From: Candidatus Latescibacterota bacterium
GTDB taxonomy: Bacteria > Latescibacterota > UBA2968 > UBA8231
NCBI GenBank assembly: GCA_964291625.2
Contig: OZ220089.1
Span: 2,176,001 to 2,240,000, forward strand
DNA: 64,000 bases
Direction: 5' to 3'
Below are positions 18,920-36,713 of the stretch, in pieces. The first letter of the stretch is position 1. The number at the start of each line of letters is the position of its first letter. Made by a program: the position numbers and the translations under genes. The notes beneath the pieces were generated by a model. The model was not told where the DNA came from. It searched no databases and worked only from the letters and a program-made list of their open reading frames with translations.

Positions 18920-18971
18920 GTGATTCGGGCAGCGGCTCTCGGCTCTCTTGGGCTCCGGTCTGCGTGCGGGG

Positions 18972-19102
18972 GCCCGGGCCGACCGGCGGACCCACGAGAT
19001 CGGTGTGCGCAAGCCCCTCGGCGCCCACTGGGGACAGCCGATCGGCCGGCTTCTCTGCCACCGGGGTGCTGAGCGCCGGGGCCACCCCTCCGGCGCCGCG
19101 GC
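18972..19102 (+). pseudogene. Short degenerate copy of an internal segment of permease 1
   Basis: First 42 nt match 21291-21332 with one mismatch; similarity decays towards 21425 (ARADRRTHEIGVRK region). Confidence 0.8.
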
Positions 19103-19128
19103 ACAAGCTCCCCGAGGGGATCCCCCCC

Positions 19129-19890
19129 TCAGCGGTACTGGTCCAGGTCCCCCCGGTACTCCAGGCCCAGCACCTCCATGCCGTGGCGGCGGTTGCAGAA
19201 GGCGTCGGCCTCCTCGGCGCCGGCCATGTTCAGCACCTCGAGCTCCAGCCCCTCCCGCTCGACGGCGAGACGGCAGGCCTCGGCCAGGTCGTGGCGGCAG
19301 ACCCAGCCGGTGCTCCAGCGGCCGCGGAGGTCGTAGCGCGACTTCCCGATGCCCAGGCGGCTGTCGACGATGTAGCACGGCCGCAGCACGACGATGGACA
19401 TGCCGAAGGCCTCGTGCATCTGCCGGCACATCTCCTCCTGCAGCCGCTTGTGGACGGCGTAGAGGCTGCCGTCGGGCCGGCGCACCTCGCTGTCGAAGAA
19501 CACGCCCTTCGGGTGCTCCACGTGGCAGGAGCCGATGTGGACGATGCGGCCCACCCCCAGCAGGTGTGACGCCTCCAGGACGTTGTAGAGGCCCTTCAGG
19601 TTGACCAGGTAGGACTGGTCGTTGGCGGGCCCGTAGCCGCCGTCGCCGCTGCGGGCGCTGTACACCGCCGCGTGCACCACGGCGTCCGAGCCCTCGACGG
19701 CGGCGTGGACGGCCTCGTAGTCGCAGATGTCGGCGTGGACCGTCTCGCCCTCCCAGTCGCCGTCGACGTCGCGCAGGTTGTCCCAGGCGCCCGGACCGTA
19801 GTCGACGGCGCGCACCTCGTGGCGGCCCTTCAGGTTGGCCAGGATGGCGCGGCCGGCCCAGCCGGCGGCGCCGAAGACGGTGACCTTCAT
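19129..19890 (-). CDS. NAD-dependent epimerase/dehydratase (extended SDR)
   Basis: MKVTVFGAAGWAG Rossmann motif, VVHAA, YAVHK (YxxxK), LRP; GGAGGAG RBS. Confidence 0.88.
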   Translation of the reverse strand: MKVTVFGAAGWAGRAILANLKGRHEVRAVDYGPGAWDNLRDVDGDWEGETVHADICDYEAVHAAVEGSDAVVHAAVYSARSGDGGYGPANDQSYLVNLKGLYNVLEASHLLGVGRIVHIGSCHVEHPKGVFFDSEVRRPDGSLYAVHKRLQEEMCRQMHEAFGMSIVVLRPCYIVDSRLGIGKSRYDLRGRWSTGWVCRHDLAEACRLAVEREGLELEVLNMAGAEEADAFCNRRHGMEVLGLEYRGDLDQYR

Positions 19891-20093
19891 CGCTCCTCCT
19901 CCTCCTCCATCCACTGCCGGAACTGCTTCCACGTGCCGCCCAGGGGGTGGCGGGAATGGACGCCGTGGACCTGGTGGTGCTCGGCCTCGGACCGGGCGAG
20001 GACGTCGTCGAAGCTCCGGCCCCACGCCCGGCGCAGGAACATGACGACGAGCAGGACGAGAGTGGCGTAGAGGACGACCCCGAACTCGAGCAT
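19887..20093 (-). CDS. Small hypothetical membrane protein (68 aa)
   Basis: MLEFGVVLYATLVLLVVMFLRR N-terminal TM helix; stop overlaps the epimerase start (ATGA). Confidence 0.6.
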   Translation of the reverse strand: MLEFGVVLYATLVLLVVMFLRRAWGRSFDDVLARSEAEHHQVHGVHSRHPLGGTWKQFRQWMEEEEER

Positions 20094-20190
20094 GGGGACC
20101 AAAGCTGCGGCTGCGCCCGCCGGCTGGCAACCGGTGCCCGCGCCGGCCGGCCTCCCGCCATCCAGGCGGAGGGTTGCGGCCGGCTCAAAC

Positions 20191-20309
20191 TGTCCGCGCG
20201 TGGACACTTCTGTATCGCCAGCGGCCATCCAGTCCGGCGGCCGATTTCGCTCAAAGCAGCACAAATGACTGTCGGAGAAAGAGTAACGCACCGTGGCGCG
20301 GTTGTTGCT
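20191..20309 (+). promoter_or_regulatory. Sigma-54 promoter plus upstream activator site for the permease array
   Basis: TGTCC-GCGCGT-GGACA-CTTC-TGTATCG at 20191; TGGCGC-GGTTG-TTGCT at 20294-20309. Confidence 0.75.
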
Positions 20310-20381
20310 AAAGGTGGGGTGAGGGCCATCCGCCGATCGGCCGGCCCCGAACGGAAACCAGGAAGAGGAAAGGGAAGGATC

Positions 20382-22739
20382 ATGCTGGCTCACTACCTGA
20401 CCACGGCCCTGCGACTCCTGTGGAGGGAGCGCGGCTACGCGGCGATCAACGTCTTCGGCCTCGCCATCGGCTTCTCCCTGTGCCTGCTGATCATCCAGTT
20501 CACCTCCCACCAGCTCGCCGTGGGAACCTACCACGAGAACGGGGACCGCATCTACCGGGTCCTGGGACCCGGGTGGCGCGGCTCAGCCTTCGGCACGAGT
20601 CTGCCGATCCACATGGGACCCGCCCTCGAGGACCAGCTGCCCCAGGTGGAGGAAGCGGTCCGCTTCCGAGGCAAGTGGCCGACGCAGCTCCGGCTCGCCG
20701 GCAAGGAGTCGCTCTCCGACTGGGTGCTGATGGCGGAGGACGGCGTCCTCCAGGTCTTCGGCTTCCCCCTGCTGCGGGGCGACCCGCAGACGGCCCTGGC
20801 GCGCCCCTACACCATGGTCCTCACCGAGCCCCTGGCCCGCCGCCTCTTCGGCGACGACGACCCCATGGGACAGGTGCTCCGCGTCGGCGAGGAGTACGAC
20901 TGCGAGGTCACCGGCATCGTCGCCGAGCCGCCCCCCAACTCGCTCCTCGAGTTCTCGGCGATCCTCTCCTTCGCCACCATGTACGAGGAGAACCGGGGCA
21001 TGATGGAGTCCCGGAGCGCCAAGGCCTTCATCACCTACGTGCAGCTGAGCCCCGGCGCCGACCTCGCCTCCATCGAAGCGAGACTGCCCGCCATGGCCGA
21101 GGAGCTCACCGGCCTGCCGGAGGAGGAGGGCGCCACCTACAAACTCCAGCCGGTGAAAGAAATCCGCTTCGACTCCGAGGTGTCCAACAGCCTCGGCCCC
21201 AGTGGCAACCCCCTCTACCTGGCGGTCTGCGCCGCCCTGGCGGCCGTGATCCTGGCCATCGCCAGCGTCAACTACGTGAACCTGGCCACCGCCCGGGCCG
21301 ACCGGCGGACCCACGAGATCGGCGTGCGCAAGTCCCTCGGCGCCCAGCGCGGACAGCTCATCCGCCAGCTCCTGTGCGAGTCGGTGGTGCTCAGCGCCGG
21401 GGCGACGCTCCTGGGCGCCGCGGCGACGCAGATCCTGGTCCGCCTCCCCGCCCTGATCACGGGAATGCCCATCGATCTGCCCTTCATGCGCTGGACGATC
21501 CCCGCCGCGGCGGGGGCCGCGGCCCTGGCCCTCGGAATCGGACTGGCGGCCGGCGCCTACCCGGCCTGGCTCGTGGCGCGCTTCCAGCCGGCGGCCGTGG
21601 TCCGCCGCCGCTCGGGCGGCGCCCGTCTGCGCCAGGTCCTGGTGGTGGGGCAGTTCACGGTCACCGCGGCGCTGATGACGATGACCCTCCTCATTTGGAG
21701 CCAGGTCGGTTACGTCCAGGACCTGCTCCGCCGCGAGTCCGCCCTCGGGTTCGAGCCGGAACAGGTGACGGTCGTCCGCAACCAGATGCTGACGCTGGAA
21801 CAGGCCCGGGTCCTCAAGTCCGAGCTGCTCCAGGACAGCCGGATCGCCCTGGTCAGCCTCTCCGAGACGTTGCCCGGCAACCTCAGCAGGACGTGGTACG
21901 GGGTGAAGGGGGAGGACGCGGGGGAGGTGGAGGTGAGGACCTACGGGGTGGACGGCGACTTCTTCGAGATGCTGGGCCTGCGCATGAGCCGGGGCCGAGC
22001 CCTCACCGATGATCCCTCCGACGACCGGGCGGCGGTGATCAACGAGACCGCCGTGCGCAGGATGGGGTGGGAGGATCCCCTGGGCAAGGCGATCACCGGC
22101 TACATGGGCCGGGACCTGCGCGTCGTGGGCGTCGTCGAGGACTTCCACTTCGACGGCCCCCACAAGAAGGTGGAGCCCCTGCTCATGGCTCCCGTCACCA
22201 ACGTCGGCCCCATCTCCGTGCGCGCCCGGCCCGGACACCTCGACGAGGTCAACGAGCTGATCGACGCGAAGTGGGCGGCCCTCTCCCCCCACCGGCCCAT
22301 CGAGCGCATGCCCCTGGAGGAGGTCTTCGCCGGCCTCTACATGGAGGAGCTGATGATGGGCAAGGCCCTGACGGTCTTCCTCTCCTTCGCCATCGCCGTG
22401 GCCCTGGTGGGGCTCTTCGGCATGGCCGCCCACGCCGCCCAGAAGCGCATCCGCGAGATCGGCGTGCGCAAGGTCTTCGGCGCCTCCGTCACCGGCCTCA
22501 CCGCCATGATGCTGCGCGACTTCGCCAAGCCCGTCGGCCTCGCCTTCGTCCTCAGCGTCCCCATCTCCTGGTGGCTCGGCGGCCTGTGGCTGCAGAACTA
22601 CACCTACCACGTGGAGGTCGGCGTCGGCCTGTACCTGACCTCGGGCGCCCTCTCCTTCCTGGTCGCCGGCCTGACCGTGGGACGCCAGGCGATCCGGGCT
22701 TCCATGACCAACCCGGTGGAAACGCTGCGCACCGAGTAG
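20382..22739 (+). CDS. MacB/FtsX-family duplicated ABC permease 1
   Basis: MLAHYLTTALR...INVFGLAIG, NYVNL, EIGVRK twice, VINET, GVVEDFHF, NPVETLRTE. Confidence 0.92.
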   Translation: MLAHYLTTALRLLWRERGYAAINVFGLAIGFSLCLLIIQFTSHQLAVGTYHENGDRIYRVLGPGWRGSAFGTSLPIHMGPALEDQLPQVEEAVRFRGKWPTQLRLAGKESLSDWVLMAEDGVLQVFGFPLLRGDPQTALARPYTMVLTEPLARRLFGDDDPMGQVLRVGEEYDCEVTGIVAEPPPNSLLEFSAILSFATMYEENRGMMESRSAKAFITYVQLSPGADLASIEARLPAMAEELTGLPEEEGATYKLQPVKEIRFDSEVSNSLGPSGNPLYLAVCAALAAVILAIASVNYVNLATARADRRTHEIGVRKSLGAQRGQLIRQLLCESVVLSAGATLLGAAATQILVRLPALITGMPIDLPFMRWTIPAAAGAAALALGIGLAAGAYPAWLVARFQPAAVVRRRSGGARLRQVLVVGQFTVTAALMTMTLLIWSQVGYVQDLLRRESALGFEPEQVTVVRNQMLTLEQARVLKSELLQDSRIALVSLSETLPGNLSRTWYGVKGEDAGEVEVRTYGVDGDFFEMLGLRMSRGRALTDDPSDDRAAVINETAVRRMGWEDPLGKAITGYMGRDLRVVGVVEDFHFDGPHKKVEPLLMAPVTNVGPISVRARPGHLDEVNELIDAKWAALSPHRPIERMPLEEVFAGLYMEELMMGKALTVFLSFAIAVALVGLFGMAAHAAQKRIREIGVRKVFGASVTGLTAMMLRDFAKPVGLAFVLSVPISWWLGGLWLQNYTYHVEVGVGLYLTSGALSFLVAGLTVGRQAIRASMTNPVETLRTE

Positions 22740-22767
22740 ACGCAGATCCCGCCACGAAAGGACAAGC

Positions 22768-25368
<2,601 letters not shown>

Positions 25369-25398
25369 ACGAGCGGATCCCGCCACGAAAGGACACGC

Positions 25399-28056
<2,658 letters not shown>

Positions 28057-28086
28057 ACGGGCGGATCCCGCCCCGAAAGGACGAGC

Positions 28087-30429
<2,343 letters not shown>

Positions 30430-30463
30430 CCTGGAACCAGATCATGCCAAGGAAGGGACCTGC

Positions 30464-32833
30464 ATGCTAGCCAACTATCTGACCACCGCCCTCCGCCACC
30501 TGTGGCGAGAGCGCGGCTACGCGGCGATCAACCTCTTCGGGCTGGCCCTTGGTTTGGCCCTGTGCCTGCTGGTCATCCAGTTGGCCGATTACCAGCTCTC
30601 CATGGGCGACTTCCACGAGAAGAAGGACCGGGTCTTCCGCATACTGAAGAAAAGAGAAGATCCGGGGCCCCTGGGTCACCGGATCTCTTCAAGTATGCCG
30701 CTACCTCTTGGGCCCACCCTCAAGGAGCAAGTGCCCGAAGTCGAGGAAACAGTCCGAATCACCGGGGGGCGGCCGCGTCTGCTCAGAGTCGGAGACAGGA
30801 GTGGGATCAATGTGGAGGCTATCTGGGCAGAATCCAGTGTCTTCGAAGTGTTCAGCTTGCCCCTCCTGCGCGGGGACCCCAAGACAGCTCTGTCGCGCCC
30901 TTACACCATGGTGCTGAGCGAACCACTCGCCCGTCGGCTCTTTGGAGAGAGCGACCCCATTGGCCAGATCGTCCGCTATGGCGAAGCCTTCGACTGCGAG
31001 GTCACCGGCATCGGCCAGGCGCCCTCCAACTCATTGCTCCAGTTCTCGGCACTGCTCTCCCTGGCCACTGTGCAGCACACGGAGAGGGAAGAGGATTTGG
31101 GCTGGCGAAGCTGGGCCTACCCGACCTTCGTGCAGCTGAACACCAATGCAGATGCCGCTACTGTCGCCGAGCGCATTTCAGGCATCGTTCAGGAAGCCTG
31201 GGGGTTGGCCGAAGCAACCGACTCCTACGCGCTGCAACCCTTGAAATCGATCTACTTCGACACGGAGTCTCCCAACGGCATCGGCCCGAGTGGCAACCCC
31301 ATGCACCTCGCTTTGTTCGCCACACTGGCCATGGTGCTCTTGATGATCGCCGGGTTCAACTACGTGAACCTGGCGACGGCGCGTGCCCAGGGACGGATAC
31401 ACGAAATCGGAGTCCGCAAGGCTCTCGGCGCCCATCGCGGCCAGATCATTCGCCAACTCCTGAGCGAGTCGGTACTGATGAGCGTCGGAGCCACGTTCCT
31501 TGGCGTTGCCATGGCAGAAGTCGTGACCCCGTTCCTGCCGGCGTTTGGAGGAATCGACTTTGAGTGGTCACTCCGCTGGACGGTTTCTACCTGCGCCGGG
31601 ACTGCGGCACTGGCGGTAGCGGTCGGACTGGCGGCGGGCGCCTACCCGGCATGGGTCGTGGCCCGCTTTCAGCCGGCGGTCCTGGAGCGCGGGGGACGCA
31701 TCGGAGGCGCGCGCCTGCGTCGCGGTCTGGTCGTGGCGCAGTTCACCGTTACTGCGACGTTGATGACGATGACCCTGCTGATATGGCACCAAGTCAGTTT
31801 CATCCAGAGCATGCTCCGCGAGAACTCCGTCCTGGGGTTGGACCCGGAGCAAGTTGTCATCGTCAAGAACCCCGGGAACGGCGGCCTGACCGCAGACCAA
31901 GCCCGGACTCTCAAAGCTGAATTGCTTCAAGACAGCCGTATCGCCGCCGTGAGTCTCTCCAAGGCAGTACCTGGTCACGCCTGGGTTGTGAAGAGTTGGG
32001 TCGGGGGTACGGAGACGGAGATAGTGAGGACCGAGTACGAGGTAGATAGCGATTTCGTTGAAGTCTTGGGATTACGCATGGTTCAGGGACGATTTCTGAC
32101 CAACGAGCCGGCCGATGCCACATCGGTCGTCATCAATGAGACCTTCATGCGCACGTTGGGCTTGGAAGAGCCTCTTGGAAACCCCCTGGGGCCCTGGGAT
32201 ACGGACGAGCGCGTCGTGGGAGTGATCGAGGACTTCCACTTCGAAGGTCCGCGCCACAAGGTTGCACCCCTGGTCCTGGCACAACTCGATGAAGGGGTGG
32301 CAGTCATTATCGTGCGGGTGCAATCCGGCCACCTCGCAGAAGCTCTCGAAGTGATTGACGACAAGTGGGCCGCCGCCGTTCCCTACCGCCCCATCCAGCG
32401 CCATTCCCTGGAAGAGGTCGTCGCCGAACTCCACTCCGACGAACAGAGGGTGGGACGCACACTCACCCTCCTTCTCTTTGCGGCCCTCGCCGTCGCCTTG
32501 GTAGGGCTCTTCGGTCTCGCTGCCCATGCCGCTCAAGCAAGAACCAGGGAGATCGGCATCCGCAAGGTGTTCGGTGCCTCCCCCGGCCGCGTCACCGCCA
32601 TGCTGCTGGGCGACTTCGCCAGACCCGTCGCCATCGCCTTCCTCCTCAGCGTGCCAGTCGCTTACGGGTTGGCCGACCACTGGCTGCAGGACTATGCCTA
32701 TCGCGTGGAAGTCGGCTTGGCCCTGTTCATGGTGTCGGGCGCACTGTCCTTCCTCATCGCCGGGCTGACGGTTGGCGGCCAGGCGATGCGAGCTGCCCTG
32801 ACCAGCCCCGCAAGGACCCTGCACACGAAATAG
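30464..32833 (+). CDS. MacB/FtsX-family duplicated ABC permease 5
   Basis: 789 aa, same architecture; visibly more A/T at third codon positions. Confidence 0.92.
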   Translation: MLANYLTTALRHLWRERGYAAINLFGLALGLALCLLVIQLADYQLSMGDFHEKKDRVFRILKKREDPGPLGHRISSSMPLPLGPTLKEQVPEVEETVRITGGRPRLLRVGDRSGINVEAIWAESSVFEVFSLPLLRGDPKTALSRPYTMVLSEPLARRLFGESDPIGQIVRYGEAFDCEVTGIGQAPSNSLLQFSALLSLATVQHTEREEDLGWRSWAYPTFVQLNTNADAATVAERISGIVQEAWGLAEATDSYALQPLKSIYFDTESPNGIGPSGNPMHLALFATLAMVLLMIAGFNYVNLATARAQGRIHEIGVRKALGAHRGQIIRQLLSESVLMSVGATFLGVAMAEVVTPFLPAFGGIDFEWSLRWTVSTCAGTAALAVAVGLAAGAYPAWVVARFQPAVLERGGRIGGARLRRGLVVAQFTVTATLMTMTLLIWHQVSFIQSMLRENSVLGLDPEQVVIVKNPGNGGLTADQARTLKAELLQDSRIAAVSLSKAVPGHAWVVKSWVGGTETEIVRTEYEVDSDFVEVLGLRMVQGRFLTNEPADATSVVINETFMRTLGLEEPLGNPLGPWDTDERVVGVIEDFHFEGPRHKVAPLVLAQLDEGVAVIIVRVQSGHLAEALEVIDDKWAAAVPYRPIQRHSLEEVVAELHSDEQRVGRTLTLLLFAALAVALVGLFGLAAHAAQARTREIGIRKVFGASPGRVTAMLLGDFARPVAIAFLLSVPVAYGLADHWLQDYAYRVEVGLALFMVSGALSFLIAGLTVGGQAMRAALTSPARTLHTK

Positions 32834-32862
32834 AGGGACGGATCCCGCCACCAAGGACAAGC

Positions 32863-35235
32863 ATGCTGAGAAGCTACCTGACAACGGCCCTTCGCCACCT
32901 GTGGCGAGAGCGCGGCTACGCGGCGATCAACCTCTTCGGGCTGGCCGTCGGTTTGGCCCTCTGCCTGCTGGTTATCCAGTTGGCGGCCTACCAGCTCTCC
33001 GTGGGTGACTTCCACGACAAGAAGGACCGGGTATACCGCATACTGAAGGAAGCTGGGGGAAACAATACGCCGCGGCCTCTTGGGTCCGCCCTCAAGGAGC
33101 AAGTGCCCGAAGTCGAGGAAACAGTCCGACTTGTGTCGGATCATCGGGGTCTGTTCAGGGTTGGAGAAGAGAGCGCAATACAGGAGAAGGCTCTCTGGAC
33201 AGAATCCAGCGTGTTCGAAATGTTCAGTCTGCCGCTCCTGCGAGGCGACGCCAAGACCGCTTTGTCGCGCCCCTACACCATGGTGCTGACCGAACCACTG
33301 GCCCGTCGGCTCTTTGGAGAGAGCGATCCCATGGGCCAGGTCATCCGCTACAACCAGGACTTCGACTGTATCGTTACCGGCATCGTAGGAAGGCCACCTC
33401 CCACCTCATTGCTCCAGTTCTCGGCACTGCTCTCCTTGGCGACTGTGGACAAGGAGGGCCACCCAGTGCTGGCTGACGTTGCTCGCCTGGGCCCGCGGGG
33501 AGCTACCATCATGCCCTGGTCGTCGCTCTACGAAACCTTCGTACAGCTCCACTTCAGTGCAGATGCCGCTACGGTAGCCAAGCGCATTCCCGGCATCGTC
33601 AAGGATGCCGGGGGATTGCACGAAGACACCGACTCCTACGCCCTGCAGCCCCTCAAATCGATCTACTTCGACACGGAGATTGGCACCAGCATCGGCCCGA
33701 AAGGCAACCCCATGCACCTCGCCTTGTACGTCACCCTGGCCATGGTGCTCCTGACGGTCGCCGGGTTCAACTACGTGAACCTGGCGACGGCGCGTGCCCA
33801 GGGACGGCTGCAGGAAACAGGCATCCGCAAGGCCCTCGGCGCCCATCGCGGCCAGCTTGTGCGCCAACTCCTGTGCGAGTCGGTACTGCTCAGCCTCGGG
33901 GCCACCGTGCTTGGCGTTGCCATGGCAGAGACTGTGACCCCGTTCCTGCCGGCGATTGGAAGAGTTGACCTTGAATGGGCATCCAGCTGGACTCTCTCGA
34001 CCTGCGCCGGGGCTGCGGTGCTGGCGACCGCGGTCGGACTGGCGGCGGGTGCCTACCCGGCCTGGGTCGTGGCATGCTTTCAGCCGGCGGTCCTGGAGCG
34101 CGAGGGCCGTATCGGCGGCGCACGCCTGCGCCAGGGTCTGATCCTGGCGCAATTCACCGTTACTGCGACTTTATTGACGATGACGCTGCTGATATGGCAC
34201 CAGGTCAGTTTCATCCAGAGCATGTTCCGCGAGAACTCCGTCCTGGGACTGGAACCGGAACAGGTTGTCATTATCGACAACCGCCATAGAGAGGCCCTGA
34301 CCGCAGACCAGGCCCGCGCTTTCAAAGCTGAGTTGCTTCAAGACAGCCGTATCGCCGCGGTCATTCTCTCTACATCAGTGCCTGGTCAGGGTTACTCACG
34401 AAGGTCTACGTCAGGAGAAGGGAAAAGGGAGCTCCCCTCCTACTACTCCTATAGAGTAGATGGCGACTTCGCTGGAATCATGGGATTGCGCATGGTCCAG
34501 GGGCGCCCCCTGACCGACGAGCCGGCCGACGCCAAAGCGGTCGTGATAAATGAGACCGCCGTTCGCAGATGGGAATTGGAACAGCCCCTGGGAAGGACGA
34601 TTCCCCATGTCCGTATACGTGGCCGTGAATCGGATCGACGCGTCGTTGGGGTGATCGAGGACTTCCACTTCCAGGGTCCCGGCAACAAGATAGAACCATT
34701 GGTCATGAGACAGATTGACCGTTACGTGGGTGCCATCATCGTGCGAGTGCGCCCCGGGCACCTCGAAGAAGCCCTCCAAGTGATCGACGACAAGTGGATG
34801 GCCGCCGTACCGTACCTCCCCATCCGGCGTGAGTCCCTCGAAGAAGTGGTGGCGAGATTCCACTCCGCTGAACTGAAGATAGGACGCGCGCTCACTCTCC
34901 TCCTCTCTCTGACCATCGCCGTGGCCCTGGTAGGGCTCTTCGGTCTGGCCGCTCACGCCGCTCAAGCACGGACCAGAGAAGTTGGCATCCGCAAGGTGTT
35001 CGGTGCCTCCCCCGGCCGCATCACCGCCATGCTGCTAGGCGACTTCGCCAAGCCCGTGGCCATCGCTTTCCTCCTCAGCGTGCCAGTCGCTTACGGGTTG
35101 GCCGGCCACTGGCTGCAGGACTATGTCTATCGCGTCGAAGTCGGCGTGGCCCTGTTCATGGTGTCGGGCGCCCTGTGTTTCCTCATCGCCGGGCTGACGG
35201 TTGGCGGCCAGGACGCATGCCGAGAAGCTACCTGA
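32863..35235 (+). CDS. MacB/FtsX-family duplicated ABC permease 6, aberrant C-terminus
   Basis: Start MLRSYLTT at 32863; ends LTVGGQ-DACREAT instead of AMRAALTxPxxTL, running into the start of the next copy. Confidence 0.85.
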   Translation: MLRSYLTTALRHLWRERGYAAINLFGLAVGLALCLLVIQLAAYQLSVGDFHDKKDRVYRILKEAGGNNTPRPLGSALKEQVPEVEETVRLVSDHRGLFRVGEESAIQEKALWTESSVFEMFSLPLLRGDAKTALSRPYTMVLTEPLARRLFGESDPMGQVIRYNQDFDCIVTGIVGRPPPTSLLQFSALLSLATVDKEGHPVLADVARLGPRGATIMPWSSLYETFVQLHFSADAATVAKRIPGIVKDAGGLHEDTDSYALQPLKSIYFDTEIGTSIGPKGNPMHLALYVTLAMVLLTVAGFNYVNLATARAQGRLQETGIRKALGAHRGQLVRQLLCESVLLSLGATVLGVAMAETVTPFLPAIGRVDLEWASSWTLSTCAGAAVLATAVGLAAGAYPAWVVACFQPAVLEREGRIGGARLRQGLILAQFTVTATLLTMTLLIWHQVSFIQSMFRENSVLGLEPEQVVIIDNRHREALTADQARAFKAELLQDSRIAAVILSTSVPGQGYSRRSTSGEGKRELPSYYSYRVDGDFAGIMGLRMVQGRPLTDEPADAKAVVINETAVRRWELEQPLGRTIPHVRIRGRESDRRVVGVIEDFHFQGPGNKIEPLVMRQIDRYVGAIIVRVRPGHLEEALQVIDDKWMAAVPYLPIRRESLEEVVARFHSAELKIGRALTLLLSLTIAVALVGLFGLAAHAAQARTREVGIRKVFGASPGRITAMLLGDFAKPVAIAFLLSVPVAYGLAGHWLQDYVYRVEVGVALFMVSGALCFLIAGLTVGGQDACREAT

Positions 35236-36300
35236 CGACCGCTTCGCCACCTGAAACAGGCATGCAAGGCCGGTGAGCGCGGCCAGCTTACGCCAACTCC
35301 TGGCGATCGGTACCTCACAGTCGGGCTGGCCGCTTCGGTGCCATGGCAGGCCCGTTCCTGCCCTGGTCATCCAGTTGGGCCCACCAGCTCTCGGTGGGCA
35401 CTTCCACGGGAAGAAGGACCGGGTATACCGCATAGTCCTGAAGGGAACATGGTGGATCCGGCAGGGCAATACCGTACCGCTACCTCTCGACGATCGCCCT
35501 CGAAGGAGCAATCCAGCCCGAAGTCGAGGAAGTAGGAACCCGCTCAGGAACCCCCGTTGGGCTAAGCCGCAGCCCTGGTTCAGGGTTGGACAACCGTATC
35601 GCCGAAGAGAACGGAATCAGGAGAAGGGCTCTCTCCTAGCCCATGCGTAGATGGCGACTTCGAGATCATGGGATTGCGCATGTTCAGTCGTGCCGCTCCT
35701 ACGCGCGGCCGACGCCTCCAGGACCGCCTTCGCAGGTGTCGGCGCCCCTACACCATGGTCGGGCGCGTCGTTGGGGTGACCGAACAAGACTGGCCCGGCG
35801 ATGCTCTTTGACCGTTACGTGAGAGAGCGATCCCATGGTATCTCGCCAGGAGGTCATCCGCATAGACAACGAAGAAGTACCCCCCCTTCCCTACAACGAA
35901 GCGCCACTGTATCGATGGCATCGTAGGAGAGCCACCTCCCACCTCATTGAGTTCTCGGCACTGCTCTCCTTGGGTGGAGAAGCCCCTGGAGGCGAAGTTC
36001 GTCTCCATGCCGCATGGGTCCGGAGTCGGCCGGGGGGTTGCCGGCACGCCCTGCAGTCGACCCGGAGATTGCATCGGCCCGCCAACATGCACCTCGCTTT
36101 GTGGGCCATGGTGCTCCGACGATCGCCGGCTACGTGACGGCCAGGCGTGCCTACGCAAGGCCCTCTTCCAGGTTCGCCAACTCCCAGTCGGACTGGTGCC
36201 AGCGGTTATGCAGGCTGGAGAAGGAGTCATCCGCACCGAGTGCTGACACCGCGGCGGGCGCCTACATCAGCCGGCTTCGAGCGTGGGGGCCGCTTGCGCC
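35217..36300 (+). pseudogene. Scrambled permease 7 remnant (or misassembled segment)
   Basis: Fragments such as AGAAGCTACCTGAC, AAGAAGGACCGGGTATACCGCATA, CCCGAAGTCGAGGAA, CCCTACACCATGGT and ATGCACCTCGCTTTG match permeases 5/6 but are broken by many indels. Confidence 0.7.
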
Positions 36301-36305
36301 AGGCT

Positions 36306-36713
36306 CAGGCCTACCACCTGATCGACGAGCAGACGGTCTACGAGAACCTGGAGATGCCCCTCCTCTACCAGAAGGTGAAGGGCTCCGAGCGCAAGGCGCG
36401 GGTGAGCGAGCTGCTCGACCGCTTCCAGATGGTGGCCAAGAAGGAGCTCTTCCCGCACCAGCTCTCCGGCGGCGAGCAGCAGCGCGTCGGCGTCGCCCGC
36501 GCCCTGATCGGCCAGCCCAGCCTGATCCTGGCCGACGAGCCCACGGGCAACCTCAACTCCCGGCAGGGAGAGGAGGTGATGGCCATGCTGCGGGAGCTGA
36601 ACGGCGAGGGCACGACGATCGTGCAGGTCACCCACTCGGAGAAGAACGCCGGCTACGGCAGCCGGGTGGTGCACCTGCTGGACGGCAAGGTGAAGGAGGA
36701 GGGCGAGTCATGA
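36306..36713 (+). pseudogene. ABC ATP-binding protein (MacB/LolD family), 5'-truncated
   Basis: [33 protein letters not shown] and VTHS are present; Walker A half is missing and replaced by scrambled sequence. Confidence 0.85.

Noticed and set aside
17438-20383. 981 aa sulfatase with long N-terminal extension
   Set aside because: The extension overlaps two real genes in other frames; the sulfatase domain begins at 18919
18972-21425. Diversity-generating retroelement TR/VR pair (remnant versus permease 1)
   Set aside because: Mismatches are not adenine-specific, indels are present, and no reverse transcriptase was found in the window
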